Shown here: in pieces, positions 63,020-64,000 of the stretch
Layout of the letters: the number at the start of each line of letters is the position of its first letter
Numbering within the stretch: the first letter of the stretch is position 1
Source of the DNA: Podarcis filfolensis
Lineage: Eukaryota
Assembly: GCA_964270895.1 (NCBI GenBank)
Contig: OZ185442.1
Length of the DNA: 64,000 nt
Strand: one strand, 5' to 3'
Notes under the pieces: generated by a model
The model's input: only the letters and a program-made list of their open reading frames with translations
Told to the model about the DNA's origin: nothing
The model's database searches: none
Translations under genes and position numbers: made by a program

Positions 63020-63340
63020 CAAATGAGAGCATAAGGAGAGCCTACTGGATCAGGTCAATGGCCCATCTACTCCAGCATCCTGTTCTCATAGTGGCTGAGC
63101 AGATGCCCCTGCAGAAGGAAGCCCACAAGCAGGGGTCTGTTGTTCTGCACAAGCAGGATTTGAGCACAAGCAGGATTTGAGCACTCTCACCCTGGTGGCT
63201 TCCAGCAACTGTTTTTCAGAAGCATTGCTGCCTCGGGCCATGTCGCTATCCTCATTTTCCTTCGTGAATTTGTCTACTCTTTTAAAGCCATCTAGGTTGG
63301 TGACCATTACTGTTCCATAGCTTAACTGTTTCTGCCATAT
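63020..63340 (-). mobile_element. CR1-family 3' region
   Basis: gagcataaggagagcctactggatcagg...cccatctactccagcatcctg...cttttaaagccatctaggttggtgacc; related pieces at ~41790-41945, ~59620-59765 and ~60345-60480. Confidence 0.65.
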
Positions 63341-64000
63341 CCTGAAGACACGTTTTTGTAATATTTGTTGTTCTTTGAGTTGTCTCTCCACACACACACA
63401 CACACATTTATGTTTGTAATTAGGGTAAGAATACAGATATATTTGCAAATATTGTGCAGATTTGTGTGATGAGTTTATGTCTCAAGTCTTTTAAGTATTC
63501 AGCAGTGCACCTGCCAGAGGACACACCCCCCCCAATGCCAAACCTGCAGTCAGCCCTACCTGGGAGTCCAGATCACCTGCTACTACCAATCATTTTTACC
63601 TGTAGATATCGGAGATGTGATTGAAGTGCCTTTTGCAATCAAAGTACATCCTCCAGCACTGAGATATGGCCCCCACCCCACCCCAAATTAGCATCCCTCC
63701 CAATTGGCTTCAAGCCTGGGAAAATGTGTACTTCAAAAGACAATAAAGAACGGTAAATTGGCTCAAGCAGTTATGTCACCCATTTGAAAATACTTGGGTT
63801 CCTAACTCCCAAATAAGAGATGTTAAGCCCCATTAAAATATCAGCAGGTGTTTTCATTGCTCTGGAGCTGCTTTGATTCCAGACTTAAAATACTTCCAGA
63901 ACTGAGCTGTTTTGACTTTGAGTAAGTGTCAAGTAAAGAATTGGTTCTTCTGGGTAGAATCTACAAGGGACCTACAACTAATTAGAAACGCCAGATTTCC

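Noticed and set aside
58600-64000. DPY19L3 3' exons, expected from human synteny upstream of PDCD5
   Set aside because: I found no recognisable DPY19L3 coding sequence; the gene is probably beyond the window.
1-64000. CRISPR arrays, rRNA genes, snoRNAs or prokaryotic systems
   Set aside because: This is eukaryotic intron-rich DNA; I recognised no repeat-spacer array, rRNA or snoRNA sequence.

Overview
This is vertebrate genomic DNA from a squamate reptile; a lacertid lizard is plausible from the repeat families, but that is an inference. The window holds the complete ANKRD27 (VARP) gene on the + strand. I assembled 28 coding exons by hand from 10325 to 49844, all with GT-AG boundaries and consistent phases, giving 3168 nt and a 1055-aa protein: VPS9 domain, two ankyrin arrays and two CHPLCxCxxC zinc-fingernail motifs. 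The complete PDCD5 gene lies on the - strand (6 coding exons, 58329 to 53132, 124 aa), tail-to-tail with ANKRD27. A CpG island at 1-1000 looks like a bidirectional promoter; by mammalian synteny the divergent partner would be RGS9BP, whose coding sequence is not in the window. Introns are packed with TE remnants: Squam3-like and tRNA-Lys-derived SINEs, L2, CR1, BovB, and Tc2, Tigger and hAT MITEs. The most interesting observations are a beta-thymosin/WH2-like motif ([12 protein letters not shown]) in the lizard VARP tail, a candidate frame-preserving 51-nt cassette exon in ANKRD27, a perfect 32-bp hairpin in a MITE in PDCD5 intron 1, and a possible spliced 5' exon for the divergent gene. Almost all six-frame ORFs outside these exons and LINE fragments are spurious. 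Comparisons to human proteins and repeat consensus sequences are from memory, not from database searches.
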